Shown: positions 22,769 through 33,133 of the stretch, piece after piece
Position numbering within the stretch: the stretch's first letter is position 1
How the letters are laid out: every line of letters begins with the position of its first letter
Program-made: the position numbers and the translations under genes
Assembly (NCBI GenBank): GCA_963663965.2
Contig: CAXXFK010000042.1
Span: forward strand, 182,613 to 246,612
DNA from: Sedimentisphaerales bacterium
GTDB lineage: Bacteria; Planctomycetota; Phycisphaerae; Sedimentisphaerales; SM23-30
Reading direction: 5' to 3'
Length of the DNA stretch: 64,000 bases
The notes under the pieces: model-generated
The model's database searches: none
Told to the model about the DNA's origin: nothing
Seen by the model: only the letters and a program-made list of their open reading frames with translations

Positions 22769-22974
22769 TAATTGGTCCGATCATAATAAATTTTAAATGA
22801 AATCTGAAAGTTTATTAAGATGCATAACTTATGATAGTAGAAAAATGTTATTAGCGAAATCTTCAAGATTAATCAGACTTACTGAGAAGATAGTTTTTCC
22901 TTTAAACCTCAAAGAAACACGGATACTAAAGTTTAGTCAGATAAAAATGAATTTTGGATTGGTCGTGATAAACT

Positions 22975-23141
22975 AAAGTATCTCTCAAAATTGCTTAATA
23001 AGTAAAAAAAGAAAATGGTTTTTCTAGGGCAAGGAACAAGGGACTTGGCATATTTGACGATATTCGCAGTTTTTTGTGACACAGCCCAGCAGAGGAAAAT
23101 CAAATAGCTTGCAGCCCTGAATAAATTTTTAGAGGTTCCTT
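22975..23141. mobile_element. MITE-like palindromic element, family A, copy 2 (diverged)
   Basis: Shares GGCAAGGAACAA, GGCATATT, TTTTTTGTGAC, CAGAGGAAAATCA, GCAGCCCTGAAT and GAGGTTCC in the same order as copy 1. Confidence 0.7.
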
Positions 23142-23189
23142 ATAATCTTTTGTTAGTGTTGAATATACTGTGTTACAACCAATCGCTTC

Positions 23190-24419
23190 GTGTTAAAAAA
23201 TATGGAGGCAACTGGCTTGTCAATTCCAGTTAATAAATCGTTCACGGTATTGCACAATTATCTGGTCTGGTTATCTCAGACAGAAAACTGGATTTATAAT
23301 CAAGTACGCTTCTCGACGATTGGCGTGAGACCGTATGTGGTATGCAAGCAATGTATAAACCGTGATTTATTTGAATGGCCGGATATTTATTGCTATACCG
23401 ATATCCCGTTGTGGAAACGAGTCGTGATTGGATTGAAAAGTCTAATACCTCTGAACATCCATTTCAGGCAACAGGCGGCCTTGCTTTGTCATGCGGCCAG
23501 CCAAACCGGCGCCTCTTTGGTACATTCGCATTTCGGCTATATTGGATATAAATATGCCATGGCTATAAGACGAATGAAATTAAAACATATTGTGACATTC
23601 TATGGTGTAGATATCAGTATGCTTCCCAAACAGGATCCCGTTTGGATAAAGCGTTACCAGGAGATGTTTCAATTAATTGATCTTGTTTTGTGCGAAGGGC
23701 CGCATATGGCCCGGTGTGTGATGTCTTATGGTTGTCCGGAACATAAAGTGAAGGTTCACCATCTGGGCATTTGCCTAGACGACATCGCTTTTCAACCCAG
23801 GCAATGGACCCGTGGCCAGGTATTAAAGGTGTTGATTGCCGCCTCATTTCGGGAAAAGAAGGGAATCCCCTATGCTTTAGAGGCCTTGGGGAGATTTCAA
23901 AATGAACAGGAGTTGCATATCACCATAATTGGAGATGCGGGACAGAATCCTGAGACTCAGACGCAAAAGAATGAAATTCTAACAATCATCGAAAAATACC
24001 GTTTAAATGGCCGGATCGATTTAATGGGGTATCAACCGCATGCAGAAATGCTCAGACAAGCCTATCGGCACCATGTTTTCATCTCTCCAAGTATTACGGC
24101 TTCAAACGGTGACACGGAAGGAGGAGCGCCCGTCGGATTAATCGAAATGGCCGCCACGGGGATGCCGGTAATCAGTACGACTCATTGCGATATTCCTGAG
24201 GTTATCCAGCACGGGGTTAGTGGTTTGCTCGCCGATGAAAAAGATATCGATGGTCTGGTATCCCATTTAAGATGGCTGACTCAAAATCCGGATCGCTGGA
24301 AAACGATGGCGGCCATGGCGCGTCAACATATCGAAAATGAGTTTGACGCGCGCCGGCAAGGTGAACGGCTGGCCGGCATATATCATGAATTGTGTGACTG
24401 TTCAGGTGAATACCGGTAA
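23190..24419 (+). CDS. Glycosyltransferase family 4 (WcaL-like)
   Basis: HSHFG, FREKKG, GDTEGGAPVGLIEMAATGMPVIST. Confidence 0.92.
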   Translation: MLKNMEATGLSIPVNKSFTVLHNYLVWLSQTENWIYNQVRFSTIGVRPYVVCKQCINRDLFEWPDIYCYTDIPLWKRVVIGLKSLIPLNIHFRQQAALLCHAASQTGASLVHSHFGYIGYKYAMAIRRMKLKHIVTFYGVDISMLPKQDPVWIKRYQEMFQLIDLVLCEGPHMARCVMSYGCPEHKVKVHHLGICLDDIAFQPRQWTRGQVLKVLIAASFREKKGIPYALEALGRFQNEQELHITIIGDAGQNPETQTQKNEILTIIEKYRLNGRIDLMGYQPHAEMLRQAYRHHVFISPSITASNGDTEGGAPVGLIEMAATGMPVISTTHCDIPEVIQHGVSGLLADEKDIDGLVSHLRWLTQNPDRWKTMAAMARQHIENEFDARRQGERLAGIYHELCDCSGEYR

Positions 24420-24596
24420 TTCCATGAAGCTTAAATCGCTTGGCATTTATCGGCGTGAATTAACAGGTTGTATCAAAATAAGGCTGGTAATTTCTGCTCA
24501 ATTGATCAAGATTTGACCCGGACGATTAATCAGCCAGATATCAAATATTTGTGAAGATGTAATTGCACTCATTCAATGCGGATATTCAGGTAAATA

Positions 24597-25424
24597 ATGA
24601 TTGATAACATTGATATTTTGATGATTACCTATAACCGGCCTGGTTATACCAGGTTGTCTTTGGGCCGTTTGCTGGAAACATGTGATTCCACAATGCGTGT
24701 CTGGGTCTGGCAAAATGGCAGTGATGAAGCAACGATGAACGTTGTGGAATCGTTTCGTGGGCATCCACGTTTTTATGAGTATTACCACAGTTTGGAAAAC
24801 AAGAAGTTGAATGCGCCAACCAACTGGCTCTGGGGGAATTCCGATGCAGCTTATTTTTCCAAAGTGGATGATGATTGCCTGGTGCCGGATGAATGGGCGC
24901 AGACTTTGAGAAAGGCGCATGAAGATAATCCGGATTTCGGAATCATCGGGTGTTGGCATTTTTTCCCGGAAGATTATGTGCCTGAACTTGCGGCCAGAAA
25001 GATACAAACATTTCAAGGTGGACATTCACTCATGCGCAGCTGCTGGCTGGGAGGGAGTGGTTATTTAATGAAACGGGCTTGTTATGAAAGCTTGGGGCCG
25101 GTGCCGCCGGATTCAGGATTTACCCGTTATGGAATTCAGTTGTCTTTAAAAAATTATATTTGTGGTTGGTATTACCCATTCATATATCAGGAGCATATGG
25201 ATGATCCGCGTTCTGAATATACCGCAATAAAAACAGATGAAGATATCAGAAATCATATGCCTTTGACGGCGGCAAATTTTAGCATTCAATCCGTCCGGCA
25301 GTGGCTGGAATTTTTGAAAAATGAAGCGATTGTAACTCAGACTTCTGATATTGATCCAAGAAATTATATCGGATGGCGCAGAAAGATTAGAAATATTAAA
25401 CAAAGACTTTCTAACTGGTTTTGA
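24597..25424 (+). CDS. Glycosyltransferase family 2
   Basis: ILMITYNR N-terminus and KVDDD DXD motif. Confidence 0.85.
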   Translation: MIDNIDILMITYNRPGYTRLSLGRLLETCDSTMRVWVWQNGSDEATMNVVESFRGHPRFYEYYHSLENKKLNAPTNWLWGNSDAAYFSKVDDDCLVPDEWAQTLRKAHEDNPDFGIIGCWHFFPEDYVPELAARKIQTFQGGHSLMRSCWLGGSGYLMKRACYESLGPVPPDSGFTRYGIQLSLKNYICGWYYPFIYQEHMDDPRSEYTAIKTDEDIRNHMPLTAANFSIQSVRQWLEFLKNEAIVTQTSDIDPRNYIGWRRKIRNIKQRLSNWF

Positions 25425-25434
25425 TGGGTATATT

Positions 25435-25986
25435 ATGAAAATTAATTTTGTTAGAATCGCTTCTGTTTTTCACAGTTATTTACAGTGGAAATGGCGCTTG
25501 GGTAAAATGGGAAAGAGAGTTATTCTGGTCAGGCCCATGATGATTACTAATCCCAAAACGATTAGTATTGGGGATTATACGGTTATTGCCGATGGCTGTG
25601 TGTTGTCGGATTTGGCGCCAGGCCGGGGGCAGGATCCTAAAATATCGCTGGGCAAACATTGTACGATCATGTATCGCTTTCAGTGTAATGCCGCCCAATC
25701 GGTGACGATCGGTGATTATGTGTTGATGGCATCCAATGTTTTAATCACTGATTCGGACCATGTTGTGGAATCCAATGGATTGCCTGTTACAAAAAATAGC
25801 AAGTTTAACACCCGGCCGGTTGTTATCGGAAATAATTGCTGGATCGGACAAAATGTGGTTATTTTAAAAGGGGTAACCATTGGTGATAACTGCATTATCG
25901 GCGCTAATAGTGTGGTGACCCGAAATGTTGAATCCAATTCAATTGTGGCGGGGAATCCGGCGAGATTGATTAAGAAAATTTCATGA
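25435..25986 (+). CDS. Hexapeptide-repeat O-acyltransferase
   Basis: ITDSDH, VVIGNNCWIG, GVTIGDNCIIGANSVV, VAGNPARLI. ATG 25435 chosen because it follows the upstream stop. Confidence 0.92.
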   Translation: MKINFVRIASVFHSYLQWKWRLGKMGKRVILVRPMMITNPKTISIGDYTVIADGCVLSDLAPGRGQDPKISLGKHCTIMYRFQCNAAQSVTIGDYVLMASNVLITDSDHVVESNGLPVTKNSKFNTRPVVIGNNCWIGQNVVILKGVTIGDNCIIGANSVVTRNVESNSIVAGNPARLIKKIS

Positions 25987-26075
25987 TAGATTACATTTTG
26001 AAATTTGATCCTGACGAACATGAAGAATGTTTCAACCCGATTCGTTGACCCGTTCGTTTATCCCAAAATTATCAT

Positions 26076-27431
26076 ATGAATGAAGAACCCCAAATCGTAG
26101 GATTTGCGGCGAACGCAAATCAGACGACTGTTCATCCCATTGGATTATTGGCAGTTGTTATTCTCGGAATATGCGTATTGATAGTGCCTCGGCGCTGGTC
26201 TACCATCCCTTTTTTGATTATTGCCTGTTTCATTCCATCGGCACAGCGGATTGTCATTGCATCGTTGGATTTTGATTTCTTGCGGATCATGGTGATTTTT
26301 GGCCTTTTCCGTATTATGATGCATAAGGAACATTTGAATTTTGTGCGGAAGCCGCTTGATAAAATTATCATATTCTGGACCATCAGCTCGGTATTCTTTA
26401 TGACTTTGAGAGTGGGTACCTTGTCGGTACTCATTAATCGGATTGGTTTTGCTTTTGACGTGATTGGCATGTACTTTGTGTTTCGTTGTCTGATTAAGAG
26501 TTGGGCGGATTTGGATAAACTAATTTATGGCATAATATTAATTAGCATACCTGTTGCCATTTTTATGTTTATCGAGAACAAAACCGGAAGAAATTTGTTT
26601 GCGATTTTTGGGGGGGTCAGTGAATTTACCGGCATTCGGGATGGCCGGCTTCGTTGCCAGGGGGCATTTTCCAGCCCAATTTTAGCAGGATGTTTTTGGG
26701 CTTCTTGTGTTCCATTAATTGGCGCGTTTTGGTGGAAGTCTCAACAGGCCAGAATGTGGTCTGTCATGGGAATAATCACCTCCTTGGTGATCATCTTTTG
26801 CAGTGCGTCCAGTACTCCCATAATGGGTTTAATTGCGGCAATCCTTGGTGGCTTGATGTTTTACTTCAAGGCCTTTATGCGACATATCCGTTGGGGAATT
26901 GCCATCATGATTGTCTTATTGCATATCATTATGAAAGCGCCGGTCTGGCACTTGATTAGTCGCGTCAGCGCCGTGGGGGGGTCAACCGGATATCATCGGT
27001 ATATTTTGATTGATCGAACGATTAATCATTTTAGTGACTGGTGGTTTAGTGGTTGTTCGGGATATGTTGTTTTGTCCTGGGGAATATACCGGGGGGATGT
27101 GACAAATCAGTATATTGCCGAAGGTGTAAATGGAGGACTATTGACGATGGCGCTCTTCATCGCATTGATTGCATATGCCTATCGCGATGTCGGCAGACTG
27201 TGGAGAATGAATAAAAAAAATGCTTATCAACTGGCATTATCCTGGGCATTGGGGTGTTCCTTATTTGTCCATTGTGTAAACTATATTGGGGTGAGTTATT
27301 TCGGCCAGATTGTAGTGGCAAGATATTTATTATTTGCAATTATCGCCAGTTTGTCTGTGTCAAAATCTCTTTATTTTAAACGAAGTTGCCCTGGAATAAT
27401 AGAAAGCCGATTACGCAAGGTTGGTGAGTAG
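26076..27431 (+). CDS. Wzy polymerase / O-antigen ligase-like membrane protein
   Basis: About 10-12 TM segments, RCQGAFSSPILAG loop and DVTNQYI motif; located in a Wzx/Wzc locus. Confidence 0.75.
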   Translation: MNEEPQIVGFAANANQTTVHPIGLLAVVILGICVLIVPRRWSTIPFLIIACFIPSAQRIVIASLDFDFLRIMVIFGLFRIMMHKEHLNFVRKPLDKIIIFWTISSVFFMTLRVGTLSVLINRIGFAFDVIGMYFVFRCLIKSWADLDKLIYGIILISIPVAIFMFIENKTGRNLFAIFGGVSEFTGIRDGRLRCQGAFSSPILAGCFWASCVPLIGAFWWKSQQARMWSVMGIITSLVIIFCSASSTPIMGLIAAILGGLMFYFKAFMRHIRWGIAIMIVLLHIIMKAPVWHLISRVSAVGGSTGYHRYILIDRTINHFSDWWFSGCSGYVVLSWGIYRGDVTNQYIAEGVNGGLLTMALFIALIAYAYRDVGRLWRMNKKNAYQLALSWALGCSLFVHCVNYIGVSYFGQIVVARYLLFAIIASLSVSKSLYFKRSCPGIIESRLRKVGE

Positions 27432-27571
27432 TCTTATTCTTTGCGGCGGATAGGGTTGGCAAAATGCCAGTTGCTCACTGTACATATGTGATTCTTTAAA
27501 AACAACATTTTCGGTAAGGCGTGCTTAATAAGTTGTTTGTCAAGCCCAAATACCGTTGAGGACTTAAAACA

Positions 27572-28738
27572 TTGTTAAGAGTTCTTTATTCATATCATTC
27601 GCGATTAAATACTAGTACTGGAATAGGTCTTGCGGCATGGCATCAAATCGCCGGATTAATAAAATTGGGAGTGGCGGTTGATTTATTCTGCGGGAGTTGC
27701 GACGTTGACATTGATCCTGACGTAAACGTCAGAGAAACAATGGTCCCATTGGGAATACGTATTCCCTTAAGATTATTAGGGATGAAAACCGGCCTTATTC
27801 ATGATTACATAGTCTCAAACTACCTTAGGAAAAATTTTCGAAAATATAATATTGTTCATTGTTGGCCTTCTGGCGGATTGCGGACACTTCAGGTTGCCAA
27901 AGAAAAAAATATCATTTCGTTTAGTGAACGTCCGAGTTCTCATACGCGTTATGTGTATGAAGTAACTGCCAGGGAAAACAGCAGACTTGGCATTGAAATA
28001 TCCGAAAAACATTATGCCGCATTTAAACATGAAATTCTGGAACGTGAGGAAGCGGAGTTTGAAAGTGCCGATTTTCTTCTTTGCCCATCGGATTTTGTTG
28101 TCGAGACGTTTATTAATAAGGGATACAATCGAGCTAAAATGAAAAGGCATCAATACGGTTGTGATCTAAAAAAATTCACGCCGGATGGAAGGCGTGATCA
28201 AGAAGATCGTCCATTCCATATGATTTACATCGGGGAATGTAATCCATTGAAAGGTTTGCATTTTGCTTTGGAAGCGTGGGTGAAATCGTCGGCATGCCAG
28301 ACCGGTAAATTCAGCATATGCGGTCCGGCGTTTGTGCCGAAATATAAACAGGTCTTGCAGAATTATCTTGATCATCCCAGTGTCGAACATGTTGGTTATG
28401 TTCGGGATTTGCCTGCATTTATTAGACAGAGTGATGCGTTGGTAATGCCCTCTCTGGCTGAAGGGAGTTCGTTGGCAACGTATGAAGGCAGGGCATGTGG
28501 CGCTGTGTTGCTGGCATCTCACGCCTCCGGCGCTGTCTGCGAGCATCAGGTGAATGCGTTAGTTCACGAAGCGGGTAATATTCAAATGCTGAAAGAACAG
28601 ATTGAACTTTTAGCCAATAATTCCAACTATTTAAAACAATTGAGGGGAAATAGCCTGGAAACTTTAAATGAGCTAAGCTGGGACCACGCGTCGAATTTAT
28701 TATACAACATTTATCGGGAAGTATTACGAATGGATTGA
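27572..28738 (+). CDS. Glycosyltransferase family 4
   Basis: KGLHF and PSLAEGSSLATYEG (EX7E) motifs. Confidence 0.9.
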   Translation: MLRVLYSYHSRLNTSTGIGLAAWHQIAGLIKLGVAVDLFCGSCDVDIDPDVNVRETMVPLGIRIPLRLLGMKTGLIHDYIVSNYLRKNFRKYNIVHCWPSGGLRTLQVAKEKNIISFSERPSSHTRYVYEVTARENSRLGIEISEKHYAAFKHEILEREEAEFESADFLLCPSDFVVETFINKGYNRAKMKRHQYGCDLKKFTPDGRRDQEDRPFHMIYIGECNPLKGLHFALEAWVKSSACQTGKFSICGPAFVPKYKQVLQNYLDHPSVEHVGYVRDLPAFIRQSDALVMPSLAEGSSLATYEGRACGAVLLASHASGAVCEHQVNALVHEAGNIQMLKEQIELLANNSNYLKQLRGNSLETLNELSWDHASNLLYNIYREVLRMD

Positions 28739-28909
28739 TGGTGAAGGGAAATGCCAATGGGGTACACAGGTAGAAATGGGAATATCGCTTATCATGCTGA
28801 CAGACGAAGGTTCCGTTGAGGATCGAATGTCCCGTCAGCTTTGTTTCGTTGAATGTCACCCAATGAAAAAGTACTCGTTATTCTTTAAAACATGAAATAA
28901 TCGAATTTA

Positions 28910-29863
28910 ATGGAATCTACAGCGCTATCAATTATTATCGTTAATTGGAACACATCAATTGTGACATGCAATTGTTTAGCGTCAATCTATGAACAGGTTA
29001 CGATCGACGATTATGAAATTATTGTTATTGATAATGCATCTTCGGACGATTCCGTTATAAGTATCAAATCCAATTATCCTCATGTTAAACTGATTGTGAA
29101 CAATGAAAACCGTGGTTTTGCCGCGGCCAATAATCAGGGGATTGAAGTGGCCAGAGGCCAATATATCTTGTTATTAAACAGTGATACAATCATTTTAAAA
29201 GATGCGATCCTGAAAACACTCGAATTTGCCGGAAAACATCCTCAATATGCAGTGGTCGGTTGCCAGGTGTGGGAAGATGAAAATACCATTCAAAAAACCT
29301 GTTTTCGATTTCATAATCCATGGAATTTTTTTTGTGTTTTAACCGGACTGGCGCGGTTGTTCCCAGGGTCACGTTGGTTGGGTGGCGATAAAATGCAGGA
29401 ATGGGACCGGAAAAGTGACCGGGAAGTGGATGTGGTCTCAGGGATGTTTATGCTGGTTCGGCGAGAGGTAATACAAACGATTGGTTATTTGGATGAATCT
29501 TTTTTTATCTATGCCGAGGAGGCGGACTGGTGTTACAGAATGTATCAGGCCGGCTGGCGGAATTATTTCTGGACAGGCGCCAGAATTATTCATCTCGATG
29601 GTGGAAGTAAGAGTAGCGCTCAGGTTAATGTCAAAATGGAAGTACAGAAGGTGAAGAGTTTATTGATTCTGATTCGTAAGCATTATGGCTGGCTGGCGGA
29701 GCAGTGTGTCCGATTAATCGTTTGCATGAGCGCCTCGTTCAAATGGCTGTTATTGGCGATGGTATTCCCTTTCGCGTCAAAAAAAATCAAGCCCAAATTA
29801 CCTAAATTTGCTGGAATCATCAGTTATTGTTGTAAGGGAATATTTCCTGGTTTGTCAATATGA
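28910..29863 (+). CDS. Glycosyltransferase family 2 (rhamnosyltransferase-like)
   Basis: SIIIVNWN, IDNASSD, NRGFAAANNQG, LLNSD, FFIYAEEADW. Confidence 0.92.
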   Translation: MESTALSIIIVNWNTSIVTCNCLASIYEQVTIDDYEIIVIDNASSDDSVISIKSNYPHVKLIVNNENRGFAAANNQGIEVARGQYILLLNSDTIILKDAILKTLEFAGKHPQYAVVGCQVWEDENTIQKTCFRFHNPWNFFCVLTGLARLFPGSRWLGGDKMQEWDRKSDREVDVVSGMFMLVRREVIQTIGYLDESFFIYAEEADWCYRMYQAGWRNYFWTGARIIHLDGGSKSSAQVNVKMEVQKVKSLLILIRKHYGWLAEQCVRLIVCMSASFKWLLLAMVFPFASKKIKPKLPKFAGIISYCCKGIFPGLSI

Positions 29864-30654
29864 TTCAATCTATAAAGATATTTATTGCATCGGTTTACAG
29901 GCTATTCCAGGTTCTTGGAGGGCAAAAATTCAGTCGAGGGATTTTATATTATCATGGAATACCGGATGCCGAAAAAGATTTGTTTATTCGACAGATAAAA
30001 TTGGTCGCCCGGTTTTGTACCATAGTGCCTCTCCGTGAAATTTTAACGGTACCGTTTGAAGATAAACCGATTGTTGCCATCACATTTGATGACGCCTTTG
30101 CGAATTTGCTGAACAATGCCATTCCCTTTTTATTGGAAAATAAATATCCCGCTACTATTTTTATCCCCACGGAGAATTTGGGGGATAGGCCCGGATGGGA
30201 TATCAATCCTGATCATCCCGATAAAACGCAGTTGATCATGACCCTGGATCAAATCAGGCAACTGGGTCATATGGGATTTGCGATTGGTTCTCATACTTTG
30301 ACGCATCCTCATCTGACACGCCTGTCCGATGAGGACTTGAAACGGCAGTTAATGGAATCAAAACAGCAGTTGGAAAAATGGATGGATCGGGAAGTCGATG
30401 CGATTAGTTATCCCCATGGAGATTATAATGACAGGGTATTGGAGATGGCCCGTCAGGCAGGATATGCCAGGGGCTATACCGTTGAACCGCGATGCGTCAG
30501 GACAAATGATGATCCTATGGCCATACCCAGATTTGCGGTTACGCCCGGGGATAGCCTGTTTAAGCTGAAACTGATTCTTGTCGGTGCCTGGGAGACGGAT
30601 TATTATTTGCGCAGAATTAAACTGTTCATAACAAGATTCTTGAGATTAAAATGA
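29860..30654 (+). CDS. Polysaccharide deacetylase (CE4/NodB)
   Basis: ITFDD, GSHTLTHP and SYPHG motifs. Confidence 0.92.
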   Translation: MIQSIKIFIASVYRLFQVLGGQKFSRGILYYHGIPDAEKDLFIRQIKLVARFCTIVPLREILTVPFEDKPIVAITFDDAFANLLNNAIPFLLENKYPATIFIPTENLGDRPGWDINPDHPDKTQLIMTLDQIRQLGHMGFAIGSHTLTHPHLTRLSDEDLKRQLMESKQQLEKWMDREVDAISYPHGDYNDRVLEMARQAGYARGYTVEPRCVRTNDDPMAIPRFAVTPGDSLFKLKLILVGAWETDYYLRRIKLFITRFLRLK

Positions 30655-31673
30655 GTTATCGAGTCGAATTAGATAATATCAGCCGTACCGATTGGGAAAA
30701 CCAAGCCCTTCATTTTCAGGATTACACGATTTACCAGACCTGGTCCTACCAGGAGAACCGGGCGCGAATGGATGGGCAGAATTTAAGGCGACTTATGGTA
30801 CGGTCTGGATCTGGCGATGTGTGCCTGATGGCTCAGGTCCGTGTTCAAAATGTGCCTTTGCTGCCTTTTCGGGTGGGGTATATTCAAAACGGACCGCTAA
30901 TGTGCAGGGAGGGTATCGTTCCTGCCGATAGGATTGAAATTTTCCGTGTCATGGTCCGGGCTTTATTTGATGACGGGATACATGTTTTACGAGTGGTCCC
31001 CAATGTTGTTGAAGATGAGCGGGGGAATGATATCGCAGCCGCCTTATCAGCCGCCGGCTTTAAAAAAGCAGAAAGAAAACAGCCATATCATACCTTTAAA
31101 GTAGATGTCAGCGATTCGGAAGAAGCAATCCGGGCACGCTTGCGGAAAAGTTTTAGGCGAGATCTGAAAAATGCCGAAAAGTCCGGTCTGACTGTTCAGG
31201 CGGGATCCAATGATGACTGCTTTTCAGTTTTGGCTCAGTTATATGAGGAGTCAAAAGGACGTAAAGGCTTTAAAGGTTTAGAGATCGAAGAATTCAGTGT
31301 TCCTCAGAATGAATTGATTGCGTCTGAAAAAATGAAAGTTTTCGTGGCCTGTTGGGAAAACCAACCGGCTTCCGCTCTGTTGTCTACCGAACTGGGCGAT
31401 TCTGCCATCGTCCTGCTGGCGGCCAGCAATCAGACGGGTTTGGAAAAAGGTTCATCTTACTTGCTTTGGTACCAGGCGTGTCTGTCGGCCCACTCTCGAG
31501 GTTTAAAATGGTGCGACTTGGGTGGCATCGATCCTGATAACAATCCCAGCGTTTTCCAGTTTAAATCACGAATGGGCGGTTTGGAGGTTCGGCACATTGG
31601 TACGTATGATCTCTGCAAAGGTAAAGTCTCCCAGGGTTTGCTCCAATTGATAGAGAAGTTTAAGGAGAGATGA
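30651..31673 (+). CDS. FemAB-like GNAT-fold transferase
   Basis: TIYQTW, NGPL, RRDLKNAEKSGL, DLGGIDP...VFQFKSRMGG. Confidence 0.8.
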   Translation: MSYRVELDNISRTDWENQALHFQDYTIYQTWSYQENRARMDGQNLRRLMVRSGSGDVCLMAQVRVQNVPLLPFRVGYIQNGPLMCREGIVPADRIEIFRVMVRALFDDGIHVLRVVPNVVEDERGNDIAAALSAAGFKKAERKQPYHTFKVDVSDSEEAIRARLRKSFRRDLKNAEKSGLTVQAGSNDDCFSVLAQLYEESKGRKGFKGLEIEEFSVPQNELIASEKMKVFVACWENQPASALLSTELGDSAIVLLAASNQTGLEKGSSYLLWYQACLSAHSRGLKWCDLGGIDPDNNPSVFQFKSRMGGLEVRHIGTYDLCKGKVSQGLLQLIEKFKER

Positions 31674-32872
31674 TGACATTAACGATTGATGAATATCAGA
31701 GTTATGAAGATTGCCGGCATCTGGAGCAGGAGTGGGACCGGTTTGTCGCCGATAATGGCTCCGATATTTTTTTGACCTATGGTTGGGGGCGGATCTGGTG
31801 GAAATACTATGGAAAGAATCGAAAACTGATATTATTGATTTTTCGGCATGAAGGGAATATGATTGGCGTTTTACCTTTGTTCAAAGAGATAATACATATT
31901 GGAATTTTTCCTATTCAGATAATCAAGATCGTTGGCTCCGATCACACATTAGCACAATTTAATTTGCCCTTATTAACTGAACACTTAGATACAATCACCA
32001 GTTTTTTGTTTGAAAGATTAAACAATCACGGTTGGGATATATTGCTTCTGGGTGCTTTGGCGGGAAATTATTCATGCCAAGATGAATTACAATCGGCATT
32101 GAACAGGCCTCGAATTTATTCTTTAGTCACGCAAAAAGGGTTTGTTCAAACTTACTTTAATGTAGTTGAACCTGAGGCATATCTGGCTGGGTTGAATAAG
32201 AATGAACGGACTGATATTCGCAGAAATTATCGTAACTTGGAAAAATTATCAAACGGGAATGAAAATCAAATCAATTTGGAGGTGGCTAAAATTGATAATT
32301 GGGCTGATATTTTCGCGCGCTTTTATCACGCACACCAGAATTATTGGCTGAACCAGGGCAAATTAGGGCATTTTGGCGATTGGCCCCAGGCAGAGAATTT
32401 TCACCGGGAATTGGTAAAATGGGGAGTCGATCACGATTATTTGCGCTTGTTTCGGATAAGTTATGGGGATTTGGATATTGGTTATGAATATAATTATAAA
32501 TGTGGCGGTATCTATTATGAGCTGTTGAATAGTCGAAATATCGATAATGATCTGCAAAAAATCAGTACTGGTAAAATTATCTGTTTTGAATTGATTCGGG
32601 CGGCATTTCAGGATGGCGTGAAACTCATTGATAGTATGCGCGGATATTATCCCCATAAAATGAAACTGGGTGGGGAGGTCCGTGATATGGTTTCCCTTAT
32701 TGTTGTCAAAAAGGGATTCGCTCAATGCAAATATTTATTATTACGTAGTTGGGCCAGGATGTTTAATTTGCTCTATTACAAGATCTGGTTTGGCCGTATT
32801 GCTCCAAGATTACCTCATAGGTGCCGTCGGCCTTTGAATCGACATTGGATTCGTACAAATATGTTTAGTTGA
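31670..32872 (+). CDS. CelD/BcsL-like GNAT acetyltransferase
   Basis: IFLTYGW..WWKYY, GVLPL, STGKI, IDSMRG..PHKMKLGG. Confidence 0.8.
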   Translation: MMTLTIDEYQSYEDCRHLEQEWDRFVADNGSDIFLTYGWGRIWWKYYGKNRKLILLIFRHEGNMIGVLPLFKEIIHIGIFPIQIIKIVGSDHTLAQFNLPLLTEHLDTITSFLFERLNNHGWDILLLGALAGNYSCQDELQSALNRPRIYSLVTQKGFVQTYFNVVEPEAYLAGLNKNERTDIRRNYRNLEKLSNGNENQINLEVAKIDNWADIFARFYHAHQNYWLNQGKLGHFGDWPQAENFHRELVKWGVDHDYLRLFRISYGDLDIGYEYNYKCGGIYYELLNSRNIDNDLQKISTGKIICFELIRAAFQDGVKLIDSMRGYYPHKMKLGGEVRDMVSLIVVKKGFAQCKYLLLRSWARMFNLLYYKIWFGRIAPRLPHRCRRPLNRHWIRTNMFS

Positions 32873-33133
32873 ATACGCAATACTATTAAAAGAGATAATG
32901 CTCTTTTTCTTTGATTTTGGTCTGCAATAATATGCCAGGGATGCTTTGCCGGGTTTCTGGCACAAATCGTGATGACTTCTATGATGAGCCTGATCCATTA
33001 GCCGTGAATATATTTGTGCCATTTGTAGTCAAAAAGGGCGATTGTAACCGTTGAATGAGGATGCTAATTCTTTTGGATTTGTATGCAAATCAAGGCTGAC
33101 CGGATAAGTTTTTTAAATGACAGGAGTTAGTTT

